This document shows, piece by piece, positions 9,837-19,400 of a stretch of DNA of 63,753 nucleotides. This stretch comes from a virus. Lineage: Duplodnaviria; Caudoviricetes. Location of the stretch: the IMG/VR virus record IMGVR_UViG_3300032236_000438, positions 1-63,753 of that record. One strand, 5' to 3'. The notes below the pieces were generated by a model. That model was not told the DNA's origin and searched no databases. It saw nothing but the letters and a program-made list of their open reading frames with translations. Positions within the stretch are counted from its first letter, which is position 1. Each line of letters starts with the position of its first letter. The position numbers were made by a program, and so were the translations under genes.

Positions 9837-10496
9837 ATGACAACAAGAATGCAGCAACGACGAGACACCTCGTCTAACTGGACTTCCAATAACCCAACAC
9901 TTGCTGCTGGTGAAATTGGCGTTGAGACAGATACTAACCAATTTAAGATTGGTGATGGCTCTACTGCCTGGACAAGCTTGTCTTATGCTGGTGGTGGAGG
10001 TATCTCCTACGCCTCTACAGCTACTGCTGGTGGAACAACTACCCTTACAGTAGCAAGCAAGCTAACACAGAACTTTACTGGAACATCTGCACAGACTGTT
10101 CAACTTCCTGTTGTGAGCACATTAACCACTGGTTTTGCTTTCCAAATCCTCAACAACAGCACACAATCTTTGACTATTAACTCCTCTGGTGGAAACCTAG
10201 TCACCACATTGCAAACTGGCTTTAGCGGTTTGTTTACAGTGGTATCTACTTCAGGAACAACTGCAGCTTCTTGGGACTATCAAATCTCTGGTTTTGACTT
10301 TGTATCAGGAACTGGTGGAACTGTTCTCCTTGCAACAGGAGGAACTGCAACTAACCTTACTCTTGCGGGAACTCTTACAGCCAACTCTTCAGCAGGTACC
10401 TCTGGACAGTTCCTTTCTTCAACTGGAACAGGCACAGCTTGGGCAACAGTTACAACTGACCCAACACCTACCATCTTTATGCTGGGTGGTATGTAG
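9837..10496 (+). CDS. Fibre protein with major tropism determinant N-terminal (Mtd_N/hyaluronidase-N-like) domain
   Basis: 'MQQRRDTSSNWTSNNPTLAAGEIGVETDTNQFKIGDGSTAWTSLSY' signature; C-terminus 'PTIFMLGGM'. Confidence 0.8.
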   Translation: MTTRMQQRRDTSSNWTSNNPTLAAGEIGVETDTNQFKIGDGSTAWTSLSYAGGGGISYASTATAGGTTTLTVASKLTQNFTGTSAQTVQLPVVSTLTTGFAFQILNNSTQSLTINSSGGNLVTTLQTGFSGLFTVVSTSGTTAASWDYQISGFDFVSGTGGTVLLATGGTATNLTLAGTLTANSSAGTSGQFLSSTGTGTAWATVTTDPTPTIFMLGGM

Positions 10497-10509
10497 TAGT
10501 CTTTGCCGC

Positions 10510-11511
10510 ATGAATCTGGTGCAACAAGCGGTACAACAGGGCGGAAAATTAACGCCTCTTATTATTCCAGCATCCGTAACAGGTGGAACTGGATTAATGA
10601 ATCCATCTATATTTATAGATGATGATGGTGACATCCTCTGTATCTTGCGCCATATTAATTACACCCTTTATCACTCTGAGAACGACCAACGCTTTCCCAG
10701 TATCTGGGGACCACTGTCTTACCTGCACCCAGAGAAAGACCAGAAGTTACGTACAGAGAATTACTTCTGTAGATTAGATAAAGACTTTAATATCATTAAC
10801 TATTGCAAGATAGAAATGCAAAACCTTCACGAGCCTATCTGGGAGTTTGTTGGCTTAGAAGATGCCCGTCTTGTTAAGTGGGAAGGTAAGTACTACGGCA
10901 CTGGTGTGCGTAGAGATACCACCACAACTGGTCAAGGTCGTATGGAGCTCTCTGAGCTAGAGGTTGATAAAGAAGCTTGGACTGCTAAAGAAGTTTCTCG
11001 CATTAGAATCCCAGCTCCACTGGATGAAAACTCATACTGTGAAAAAAACTGGATGCCTGTTCTTGACAAGCCGTATGTCTATATCAAGTGGACTTCACCG
11101 ACAGAGGTTGTACGCACAAAGCCTTATCGCCCAGAAGTATGCGAACAACTAGCCGTAGTAGAAGGCGTTACTCCACCTACAGACCAACGTGGTGGTTCTC
11201 AACTTCTTAAATGGGGCGAGATGTACATTGCAATTACGCATGAGGTTGTGCTTACAAAAAACTACATGGGACAAAAAGATGGCGTATACCGTCATCGTTT
11301 ATGTGTGTGGAATAAAGCTTTTAAGCTCATTGGCATCTCACCTAAAGAGTGGTCATTCCTAGATGCCAAGATTGAGTTTGTTGCTGGTGCTGCTGTGCAT
11401 GAGGGCAACTTACTTATCTCATTTGGGTTTCAAGATAATGCTGCAATGATTCTTCAGGTTCCAGGAGCAGTTGTTGACTCAATGATTTCGGAGGCGCTCT
11501 ATGGAAATTAA
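10510..11511 (+). CDS. Five-bladed beta-propeller glycosidase/phosphorylase-like protein (GH130/GH43-clan-like)
   Basis: Motifs 'MNPSI', 'GLEDARL', 'CEKNWMP', 'RGGSQL', 'IEFVAG', 'SFGFQD'. The real start is probably the ATG at 10510, not 10294. Confidence 0.65.
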   Translation: MNLVQQAVQQGGKLTPLIIPASVTGGTGLMNPSIFIDDDGDILCILRHINYTLYHSENDQRFPSIWGPLSYLHPEKDQKLRTENYFCRLDKDFNIINYCKIEMQNLHEPIWEFVGLEDARLVKWEGKYYGTGVRRDTTTTGQGRMELSELEVDKEAWTAKEVSRIRIPAPLDENSYCEKNWMPVLDKPYVYIKWTSPTEVVRTKPYRPEVCEQLAVVEGVTPPTDQRGGSQLLKWGEMYIAITHEVVLTKNYMGQKDGVYRHRLCVWNKAFKLIGISPKEWSFLDAKIEFVAGAAVHEGNLLISFGFQDNAAMILQVPGAVVDSMISEALYGN

Positions 11512-12775
11512 AGACTTGATAGTTCAACTGTCCAATAATCCTTTTAGCCCTGAACTTAACTTAAAGATTGCTGACGAGTACGACCGTATTGGTCAAACCG
11601 CATCTGCTGTTTCCTTCTACTTACGCACTGCTGAGTATGGCTACTACACGCACTACGACCATGTATATGCATCCCTTTTAAAATCAGCACAGTGCTTTAG
11701 CCACCAGCAAAACCGTGAGCACACAGTACAGAACCTGTACTACAAAGCTATTGCTTACTTGCCTCAGCGCCCTGAAGCGTGGTTCTTATTCTCACGTTAC
11801 TTTGAGCAGAACAAGAAATGGCAAGAGTCTTATACCTATGCTGAAGTGGGCTTGTCTTTACCAGAAGTAAAACATAAGCCTCTTCCTATTTGGGTTGAGT
11901 ATCCTGGGCGCTATGGCTTGACCTTTCAAAAAGCTGTTGCTGCATGGTGGGTAGGGCGCCAAGATGAGTCAGTGTCTTTGTTTAGGGAAATGCTTAAAGA
12001 CCCAACAATTGGACACGTTCATCTTCAATCTATAAAGAATAACTTAAAGAACTTAGGACATTCTTTTGATGAAGTTGACCCACTAGAGCCTGTAATTACT
12101 AACTACCGAAAGTTCTTTAGCGATAACGCTGGGTTGATTGTTGAGGTAGGAACTCGTGATGGAGATGACGCTAATTACCTGTTTAACAAACTCAATGCAA
12201 GTAAAGTGATTTCTATTGATGCTAACCCAGTTGCTGCTTACCTAACCCGTAGCAGATATCCATGGATGACTGTGATTGAGACAGCCGCCTCTGATAAAGA
12301 AGGAACAATTACCTTCCATCAAGTTAATTCGCCCAATAAAGAAATAATGGGTACTTCTTCTATTTTCAGTAAAGACCAATCAATATCTCCATCCCCTCAA
12401 GAGTATGAAGGACTTATCCAAGAGATAACCGTTCCTACTACCCGTATGGATACCCTACTCAAAGATGAGGACTCAATAGATGTAGTCAAGATTGATACAG
12501 AAGGCTACACCTGGCAGGTTCTTCAGGGCTTTGGAGATAGGCTCAAAGACGTCAAGATATTTCATCTAGAAACAGAACAAGCCCCAGTCCATGAGGACCA
12601 TGTCACTACAGAAAAAATCACGGAGTTCATGGAGAAAAATGGCTTTGCTTTGGTAGATTCGTCCTACGAATGGGGCTGGCTTATCCAAGACCAAGTATGG
12701 GTAAATAAGGCTTTAGTAGTTAAAAACAAGGAGTGTTTTAACAATACAGAAGTCCTTCAGACAGGGATAATTTAG
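11501..12775 (+). CDS. TPR-domain protein fused to an FkbM-family methyltransferase
   Basis: N-terminal TPR-like helices ('AIAYLPQRPEAWF'); C-terminal 'VEVGTRDG', 'DANP', 'TRMDT', 'DVVKIDTEG' FkbM motifs. Confidence 0.75.
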   Translation: MEIKDLIVQLSNNPFSPELNLKIADEYDRIGQTASAVSFYLRTAEYGYYTHYDHVYASLLKSAQCFSHQQNREHTVQNLYYKAIAYLPQRPEAWFLFSRYFEQNKKWQESYTYAEVGLSLPEVKHKPLPIWVEYPGRYGLTFQKAVAAWWVGRQDESVSLFREMLKDPTIGHVHLQSIKNNLKNLGHSFDEVDPLEPVITNYRKFFSDNAGLIVEVGTRDGDDANYLFNKLNASKVISIDANPVAAYLTRSRYPWMTVIETAASDKEGTITFHQVNSPNKEIMGTSSIFSKDQSISPSPQEYEGLIQEITVPTTRMDTLLKDEDSIDVVKIDTEGYTWQVLQGFGDRLKDVKIFHLETEQAPVHEDHVTTEKITEFMEKNGFALVDSSYEWGWLIQDQVWVNKALVVKNKECFNNTEVLQTGII

Positions 12776-12800
12776 TAATCACCAGCCACAAGGAGTTTAA

Positions 12801-13166
12801 ATGGCAACAGCAACATATAAAGTTTTAGCACAAACAGGTTCTTCTGGCGCAACTGGTAACGGTTCAGCTACCCTTACAGCAGCCACAGCAACTAACCTTT
12901 ACACAGTCCCAGCAGCAACACAGACTGTTGTCTCTACAATCGTGGTTTGTAACCAAGCCTCTGCTCCAGCTACTTACCGTATTGCAGTTCGTCCAGCAGG
13001 TGCCACACTCGCTGCTCAGCACTACGTAGTCTACGGCGCAACAGTTGCCGCTAACGATGCAACCGCACTTACTCTTGGTCTCACTCTTGGTGCTACAGAT
13101 ATCGTAACTGTGTACTCTTCAACATCAACAATGTCATTCTCATTGTACGGAAGTGAAATCGCCTAA
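12801..13166 (+). CDS. Small virion adaptor protein
   Basis: 'YKVLAQ...LYTVPAATQTVVSTIVVCNQ...GSEI' beta-sandwich typical of aquatic-phage fibre clusters; SD AAGGAG. Confidence 0.6.
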   Translation: MATATYKVLAQTGSSGATGNGSATLTAATATNLYTVPAATQTVVSTIVVCNQASAPATYRIAVRPAGATLAAQHYVVYGATVAANDATALTLGLTLGATDIVTVYSSTSTMSFSLYGSEIA

Positions 13167-14194
13167 TGTCAATCTCTAGCGCAAGTGCGTTTATTGACCA
13201 GTATTTTGCTGGTAAAAATAAACTCATCAATGGTGACCTTCGCTATAACCAAAGAAACTTTACATCAGTAACTGGTATTGGTGGTTATCATTTTGACCGA
13301 TTTGTTACCCAAGCTTCAACAGGTAGCACAACTACTGCTCAAACCTTTACTCCAGGAACAGCTCCAGTTGCAGGCTATGAGGCGATTAACTATGTCCAAG
13401 TAACTTCATCTGGTCAATCTGCAACAACAGACTACACACAGATTGCACAAAAAGTTGAAGATGTAAGAACTCTTGCTGGTCAAACATGGACCTATTCATT
13501 TTGGGCAAAAGCATCAACAGGAACACCTCAGCTTGCAATTACCCTAGAACAAGTTTTTGGTACTGGAGGAACTCCTTCAGCAAACGTTCAAACACCTTTT
13601 GGTAACGTAACTCTCTCTACTTCTTGGCAACGTTACTCTTTAACAGGGTTTGTTCCTTCTATTGCAGGTAAAACTCTTGGAACAAACAATGACCATTTTA
13701 CTCAAACAGATACTTTTCTGTCATTAGGCTCTAACTACAGTGCTTACGGAACTCTTGGAGTTCAAAACATAACTGTTTCATTTTGGGGATTCCAGCTAGA
13801 AGCAGGAACAACAGCAACAGCATTTACTACTGCTACTGGAAACTATGCTAATGAGTTTCAAGCATGTCAACGCTATTACCATAGAAACATAGCAAACGGA
13901 CAGTATGTAGCTTTTGCTCTTGGACAAGCAAAGAGCACTACCGTTGCAGTATTCCCTTACCAACTTCCAGTTCCTATGAGAGCTTACCCCTCTCTTGAAT
14001 CAGGAGGAACTTTTGCTGTAGATTATGGCGGAGCAGGCATAACAGTGACTGTTGCAGCAAGTTCTACATTTAGTGGAAATACCAGAATGTACATGATTGA
14101 CGCAACAGGTACGGGACTTACTCAATTTAGGCCGTATATATTAGAAAACTTAACTGATGCAACAACTTATCTTGGGTTTAACGCAGAACTCTAA
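13166..14194 (+). CDS. Fibre/receptor-binding protein with a carbohydrate-binding-like domain
   Basis: 'KNKLINGD..YNQR', 'SFWAKA', 'QLEAGTTATAF', 'CQRYY', 'VPMRAYP', ending in 'AEL'. Confidence 0.7.
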   Translation: MSISSASAFIDQYFAGKNKLINGDLRYNQRNFTSVTGIGGYHFDRFVTQASTGSTTTAQTFTPGTAPVAGYEAINYVQVTSSGQSATTDYTQIAQKVEDVRTLAGQTWTYSFWAKASTGTPQLAITLEQVFGTGGTPSANVQTPFGNVTLSTSWQRYSLTGFVPSIAGKTLGTNNDHFTQTDTFLSLGSNYSAYGTLGVQNITVSFWGFQLEAGTTATAFTTATGNYANEFQACQRYYHRNIANGQYVAFALGQAKSTTVAVFPYQLPVPMRAYPSLESGGTFAVDYGGAGITVTVAASSTFSGNTRMYMIDATGTGLTQFRPYILENLTDATTYLGFNAEL

Positions 14195-14239
14195 CCTGTA
14201 AAGTACTTTGTAAGGAAATAATCTAAGGAGACAAAACTA

Positions 14240-15073
14240 ATGCCAAATATCAATAGACCTACACGGTCTGGTGTTAGTTCTACCACTAAGAAATCAGTGT
14301 CAATACCAGACGCTCCAATTATTGGTACAGCTGTTGCGTACTCTGATTTAACTGCTGGTGTTGCATTTACACCTGGCACTGGCGGTGTTCCAGACACGTA
14401 CACAGCTACATCTACTCCAGGAAGCTTTACAGCAACAGGTTCTTCATCTCCTTTAGTTGTTTCAGGATTAACTGAAGGAACTTCGTATACCTTCACAGTT
14501 ACCGCAAGTAATCAAGCAGGTACTAGTTCCGCATCTTCTGCTTCTAACTCTATTACTGCATACAATGCGGGTTCTTTTGATTCTATTGCTACAGCTACTT
14601 TGGGTGGTTCTGGGGCAGCAGCATTTTCTTCTATTCCACAAACGTATACTCATTTACAGATTCGTGCTACATGGCGTTCTGATTACGCCTCTGTTGCAGA
14701 TGGTTTTATCCTTAGATTTAATGCAGACTCTTCAAACCACACTATTCACTACCTACAAGGTGACGGGTCTTCTGCAACTGCGTCTTATGCAGTAAGCGGA
14801 AATGCTTTTCGGTTTACTGCTGCTCCTGGAGCAAATGCTGGTTCTAGCATTTTTGGGTCTGCTGTTATTGACATTCTTGATTACACCAATACAAACAAGT
14901 ATAAAGTCATCAATGCTATTGCTGGTTTTGATAATAATGGTTCGGGTCAAGTAATGTTTGGCTCTGGTATTTACAGCTCTAATACCAATGCTATTAGCAC
15001 TATTAACTTATACCCAAACAACTCTAATAACTTTGTTCAGTACACAAGCGTCGCACTGTATGGGATGAAATAA
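14240..15073 (+). CDS. FN3 + type-A paralog domain (triad 1)
   Basis: FN3 'PDAPIIG...GLTEGTSYTFTVTASN'; 'SIPQTYTHLQIR...IDILDY.NTNKYK...ALYGMK'. Confidence 0.7.
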   Translation: MPNINRPTRSGVSSTTKKSVSIPDAPIIGTAVAYSDLTAGVAFTPGTGGVPDTYTATSTPGSFTATGSSSPLVVSGLTEGTSYTFTVTASNQAGTSSASSASNSITAYNAGSFDSIATATLGGSGAAAFSSIPQTYTHLQIRATWRSDYASVADGFILRFNADSSNHTIHYLQGDGSSATASYAVSGNAFRFTAAPGANAGSSIFGSAVIDILDYTNTNKYKVINAIAGFDNNGSGQVMFGSGIYSSNTNAISTINLYPNNSNNFVQYTSVALYGMK

Positions 15074-15603
15074 TGGCTGCAGGTACAACTTATTCTCTTA
15101 TTGGTAGTTACACATACACAGCAGATGGCCCGCAATACAATGCTCTTGCTTTCTCTAATATCCCGCAAACCTACACTGATTTGGTTCTTATAGTAAACTC
15201 TAAAGACCAAATTCCCGTTACTAGCAGCGTGTATCAACCATTAACATTCAATAATGATGGAGGAAATAATTATTCTGAAACTCAGATGGCTGTTTCTTCA
15301 GGTAGCTTTGCTTCAAGTAGGTGGAGTAACCAAAATATTTTGCAATTTATGCAGCAACCTGGAAACAATTCCCCTGCTGGATACTTTTCAATAAATGAAA
15401 TTCAAATTATGAACTATTCTAGTACAAACATATACAAGACTGTACTAGTAAGAAATAATCTTAACGGAACGACAAACAACCAAGTAAGAGTAATTGCTGG
15501 GTTATGGAAAGGTACTGCAGGAATTACTACTGTTACTGTAAATGGTACTTGGGGTTATAAAACTGGGTCGTCAATTTCGTTATATGGAATTAAGGCGGCA
15601 TAA
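15073..15603 (+). CDS. Type-B paralog domain (triad 1)
   Basis: 'NIPQTYTDLVL...IQIMNYSSTNIYKT...SLYGIKAA'; TAATG coupling. Confidence 0.7.
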   Translation: MAAGTTYSLIGSYTYTADGPQYNALAFSNIPQTYTDLVLIVNSKDQIPVTSSVYQPLTFNNDGGNNYSETQMAVSSGSFASSRWSNQNILQFMQQPGNNSPAGYFSINEIQIMNYSSTNIYKTVLVRNNLNGTTNNQVRVIAGLWKGTAGITTVTVNGTWGYKTGSSISLYGIKAA

Positions 15604-16922
15604 TGGCTAATACATATAAAAAGATTCAGACCATAACTGTAGGTGCTGGTGGTTCTTCCACAATTAACTTTACAAGTATTCCTCAAGGTTACACAGACTT
15701 ACGTTTAGTTGTCTCTGCTCGTAGTGCTTACAGTAGTACAAAAACAGATGGATTATCAGTTGCTTTTAATGGTTCTACATCTGGGTTTATTACTACTTAC
15801 TTATACGGGTATGGAACTAACTATATTAGCAACAGTTCTTACACCAACTACTTTGGAGAAGTACCTTCATCAACAACTACTGCAAACAGCTTTAGTAATA
15901 CTACGGTTTACTTGTCTGGGTACACAAGCAATACATACAAAGCTTTTTCCTGTAATGCCGTTGCTGAAGCCGCAACAAGCACTGCACAAGACAGTACTTT
16001 AATGATTAGCTCTGGAAGTTGGTCAAATACTGCTGCTATTAATCAAATTACTTTGTCGCTATCTTCTGCTTCAAACTTTCTTCAGTACTCTGTTGCAACT
16101 CTTTATGGTATTTCTAATGCCAACGCTACAACGACCCCTAGTGTTCCTAACATTACATCGGTGTCAGACTTAGCTGGAGGCGTTGCAACGGTGAACATTG
16201 CTACGTCATCTCCTGCTGCTGGTCTTTACACAGTTACTGCTACACCAGGAAACATCACAGCTACAGGGTTAGCAAGCCCATCAGGTACGTCTAATGCAGT
16301 CTTACTTCCAGGTCTATCTCCAAATACAACATATGCATTTTCTGCAACAGCTACTAATTCTATGGGGACATCTGCAGCTAGCGCACCAACTGTAGGTTCT
16401 GCGTTAGTTCCTTTTAACGGGTTTGTTGCCTTGGCTACTGTAACTGTTGGAACTCCAACAGGAAGTCTTTACTTTACTTCTATTCCTCAAAATTACAGCC
16501 ATTTGCAACTGCGTATGTTTGGTAAAAATACTGGTACAAGCGGTTCATTTGATTTTAGTTGGATGATATTTAACTCAGACTCTGGTGCAAACTACACTTA
16601 TCACAGACTGTTTGGTGATGGCTCAACTGCTCAAGTAGGTTCTGGAACAGGCTCAACTGCTATTTATTACGGAGAATACCCAACTACCACAGGATATGCT
16701 AATATATTTGGTGCTGGGGTAATGGACATTTTAGATTATTCTAATACCTCTAAAAATAAAACTGTTCGCAATTTATTTGGGCACGATGAAAACGGTTCGG
16801 GAAGAGTTGGAATGTATTCAGGATTTTGGAATAACACCGCTGCTATTACTTCTATCCAATTAAATGGTAACTCTTATAATTTTCAAACAGGTATGACTGT
16901 TGTTCTTTACGGGGTAAAATAA
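15603..16922 (+). CDS. Type-C domain (triad 1) + FN3 + type-A domain (triad 2)
   Basis: 'YTDLRLVVSARS...ATLYGIS', then FN3 'GLSPNTTYAFSATATN', then 'YSHLQLR...DILDYSNTSKNKT...LYGVK'. Confidence 0.7.
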   Translation: MANTYKKIQTITVGAGGSSTINFTSIPQGYTDLRLVVSARSAYSSTKTDGLSVAFNGSTSGFITTYLYGYGTNYISNSSYTNYFGEVPSSTTTANSFSNTTVYLSGYTSNTYKAFSCNAVAEAATSTAQDSTLMISSGSWSNTAAINQITLSLSSASNFLQYSVATLYGISNANATTTPSVPNITSVSDLAGGVATVNIATSSPAAGLYTVTATPGNITATGLASPSGTSNAVLLPGLSPNTTYAFSATATNSMGTSAASAPTVGSALVPFNGFVALATVTVGTPTGSLYFTSIPQNYSHLQLRMFGKNTGTSGSFDFSWMIFNSDSGANYTYHRLFGDGSTAQVGSGTGSTAIYYGEYPTTTGYANIFGAGVMDILDYSNTSKNKTVRNLFGHDENGSGRVGMYSGFWNNTAAITSIQLNGNSYNFQTGMTVVLYGVK

Positions 16923-16923
16923 A

Positions 16924-17430
16924 ATGGCCGTTCAATTTACTTATGTACCGATTTTTACGCAGACTTTAGGGTCGGCAACTTCAACTGTAACCTTCTCTTC
17001 TATCCCTAGCACCTATCAAGATTTAATATTAGAAATATCTCCGTTTACAACAGCGGCGGGTGGCATAGATATAAATATGACTTTTAACGGTGATTCGGGA
17101 ACGAATTATTCAAGAACTTATTTAACAGGAAATGGCACATCTGCTTCATCAAACAGAAACAATAGCACTTCTTATATTCGTTTAACCGTTTCGGGTTTTG
17201 CTAGCAATAACTCTGCACCCGCAACAACCATTGCGCACATTATGAGTTATGCAAATACAAACATTAACAAAACAACATTAAATCGTTCAAGTTCTGGTAC
17301 AAATGGAACAGATATGGTTGCTGGATTATGGCGAAGCACTGCCGCTATTAACTCAATAGCGTTAGCATCAAGCGGTGGGAACTTTGATGTTAATTCAACT
17401 TTTACTCTCTACGGATTGGCGGCTGCATAA
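16924..17430 (+). CDS. Type-B paralog domain (triad 2)
   Basis: 'SIPSTYQDLIL...HIMSYANTNINKT...TLYGLAAA'. Confidence 0.7.
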   Translation: MAVQFTYVPIFTQTLGSATSTVTFSSIPSTYQDLILEISPFTTAAGGIDINMTFNGDSGTNYSRTYLTGNGTSASSNRNNSTSYIRLTVSGFASNNSAPATTIAHIMSYANTNINKTTLNRSSSGTNGTDMVAGLWRSTAAINSIALASSGGNFDVNSTFTLYGLAAA

Positions 17431-17951
17431 TGGCTAACCCAACTATCATACCTATTCAATCCTACACGGTAGGGGCTACAAGTGTTTCATCAGTTACTTT
17501 TTCCAGTATCTTATTTGGATACACAGACTTATTAGTTAGAGTAAGTGCAAGAGCGACTAACGCATCTACCGTATGCAACATCCAGTGGACATTTAATGGG
17601 TCAACAACAGGGTATTCTGGATTAGAGCTTTATGGTTCTGGGTCTGCTTCAGGTACAGGAAATGGTGGAAGCACAACTTCCTATATTCAATTAGGCTACG
17701 CTACAGGAAACAACGCTACTGCAAGTACCTTTGGCAATACTGACGTCTATATACCTAACTATTCTGGTCAATCAAACAAGTCTATACAGGTTGATGGAAC
17801 AATGGAGACAGCAGCTACTGGTTCGTATGTAGATATGGGGGCAGGTCTTTGGTCAAATACTTCAGCTATTTACCAAATAACTATGACACCAACTAGCGGT
17901 TTATGGATGCCTAATTCTACATTTTACCTATACGGTATAAACAGACAATAA
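17430..17951 (+). CDS. Type-C paralog domain (triad 2)
   Basis: 'YTDLLVRVSARA...VYIPNY...FYLYGIN'. Confidence 0.7.
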   Translation: MANPTIIPIQSYTVGATSVSSVTFSSILFGYTDLLVRVSARATNASTVCNIQWTFNGSTTGYSGLELYGSGSASGTGNGGSTTSYIQLGYATGNNATASTFGNTDVYIPNYSGQSNKSIQVDGTMETAATGSYVDMGAGLWSNTSAIYQITMTPTSGLWMPNSTFYLYGINRQ

Positions 17952-17990
17952 CAAGATATAATAAAAACCCCACCCAATCAAGGAGAAACA

Positions 17991-18227
17991 ATGTCATCTA
18001 CACCAATGGCAGTTGAAGTTAACTGCGAAACAGGCGAAGTAACAGAGCGCCCATTAACAGCAGAAGAGATTGCTGCACAACAGGCTGCTGCTGATGCTTT
18101 TGCTGCACAAAAAGCTGCAGAGGAAGAAGCTGCTGCTGCAACTGCTGCTCTTAAGGCATCAGCAAAGGCAAAGCTTGTAGCTGGTACACCTCTTACAGAA
18201 GAAGAAGCTGCAGTACTAACACTCTAA
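17991..18227 (+). CDS. Small fibre-associated (chaperone-like) protein
   Basis: 'EVNCETGEVTERPLTAEEIA...LTEEEA'; SD AAGGAG. Confidence 0.55.
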   Translation: MSSTPMAVEVNCETGEVTERPLTAEEIAAQQAAADAFAAQKAAEEEAAAATAALKASAKAKLVAGTPLTEEEAAVLTL

Positions 18228-18236
18228 GGATAACCA

Positions 18237-18566
18237 ATGGCACATTTTGCTGAAGTAAACGAGGACGGTATCGTCACTCGTGTCCTTGTCGTGCACGATT
18301 CTCAAGAGCATCGTGGACAAGACTTCTTGGCAAATGATTTAGGCCTTGGCGGTACTTGGATTCAAACTAGTTACAACAAGCAATTCAGACATCACTTTGC
18401 GGGAGTGGGGTACAAGTATGACGCAGAACGTAATGCGTTTGTACCCCCTCAACCATATCCATCCTGGATACTTAGAGATGGTGATTCCACATGGCACGCC
18501 CCTAAGCCACAACCAGAGGGCGATGTTATCTGGGATGAAGAAGAACAGGAATGGGTGGCACGATGA
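18237..18566 (+). CDS. Small fibre-associated protein
   Basis: 'MAHFAE...WIQTSYN..FR..FAG.GY.YD...FVPPQPYPSW' family that typically accompanies Gly-rich fibres. Confidence 0.6.
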   Translation: MAHFAEVNEDGIVTRVLVVHDSQEHRGQDFLANDLGLGGTWIQTSYNKQFRHHFAGVGYKYDAERNAFVPPQPYPSWILRDGDSTWHAPKPQPEGDVIWDEEEQEWVAR

Positions 18567-19399
18567 GCGTAAGACTAGCTAGTGAAGAGTCACTGAACTA
18601 CGGTAAGCGTGCAATACCTGATGTACCAAGCACACCTACTATTGGAACTGCAACAGATAGCTATAACGGTGGCGCCCTAGTTACATTCACACCAGGAGTA
18701 CTTGGTGGAGCAGCGACTACCTACACAGTCACATCCTCACCTGGAGGATTAACTGGCGTTGGCGCATCAAGTCCTGTAGAAATTGACGGCCTAACTCCAG
18801 GAACTTCTTATACTTTTACAGTAACAGCCTCTAACTCAACAGGCTCATCTGCAGCATCTTCTTCTAGTTCTAGTTTTATACCTGGTCCTAAACAGAACTT
18901 TGTCTCTATTGCAACGGGCGTTGTAGGTTCTGGTGGAGGCTCAATTACTTTCTCTAACATACCTCAAACGTACTCTCACTTACAGATTCGTTTTACAGGG
19001 CGCAGTCTGTATTCTGCTGGAACAGATATTATTATTTATAGATTTAACTCTGACTCCGGTAATAACTACACTCTTCACCGTTTCTATGGTGATGGTTCCT
19101 CACCTGGCGCCCAAGGAGCTATTCCCCAAACCTATGCCCTTGCAGGCGACATGCCAGCAGCAACATCTTCGTCTTCTCTAACGACAGGTGTAGCGGTTAT
19201 TGACTTACTTGATTACTCCAATACTAGCAAGTACAAAACTGCTCGTGCATTTGCAGGAAGAGACGAAAATGGTTTGGGGTACGTTTGGTTTAGTTCTAAT
19301 CTTTGGCTAAATACAGCAGCAATCACTTCAATCAATATTTTTGGTGGTAACGGAAATCTTACCCAGTATTCTCAAGCCGCACTGTATGGGATAAAATAA
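18563..19399 (+). CDS. FN3 + type-A paralog domain (triad 3)
   Basis: ATGA overlap start; FN3 'GLTPGTSYTFTVTASN'; 'YSHLQIR...DLLDYSNTSKYKT...ALYGIK'. Confidence 0.7.
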   Translation: MSVRLASEESLNYGKRAIPDVPSTPTIGTATDSYNGGALVTFTPGVLGGAATTYTVTSSPGGLTGVGASSPVEIDGLTPGTSYTFTVTASNSTGSSAASSSSSSFIPGPKQNFVSIATGVVGSGGGSITFSNIPQTYSHLQIRFTGRSLYSAGTDIIIYRFNSDSGNNYTLHRFYGDGSSPGAQGAIPQTYALAGDMPAATSSSSLTTGVAVIDLLDYSNTSKYKTARAFAGRDENGLGYVWFSSNLWLNTAAITSINIFGGNGNLTQYSQAALYGIK

Positions 19400-19400
19400 A

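Noticed and set aside
9837-10496. Diversity-generating retroelement suggested by the Mtd N-terminal domain
   Set aside because: No reverse transcriptase, no C-type-lectin variable region and no TR/VR pair differing at adenines is visible. Mtd_N is just an anchor domain.
10294-10509. N-terminal extension of the propeller gene in the ORF track
   Set aside because: Overlaps the Mtd_N gene by about 200 nt; the ATG at 10510 has a leaderless -10 and matches the domain start
14191-14496. Minus-strand 101-aa ORF (and similar antisense ORFs elsewhere)
   Set aside because: Lies antisense to a well-supported FN3 gene and has no independent signals
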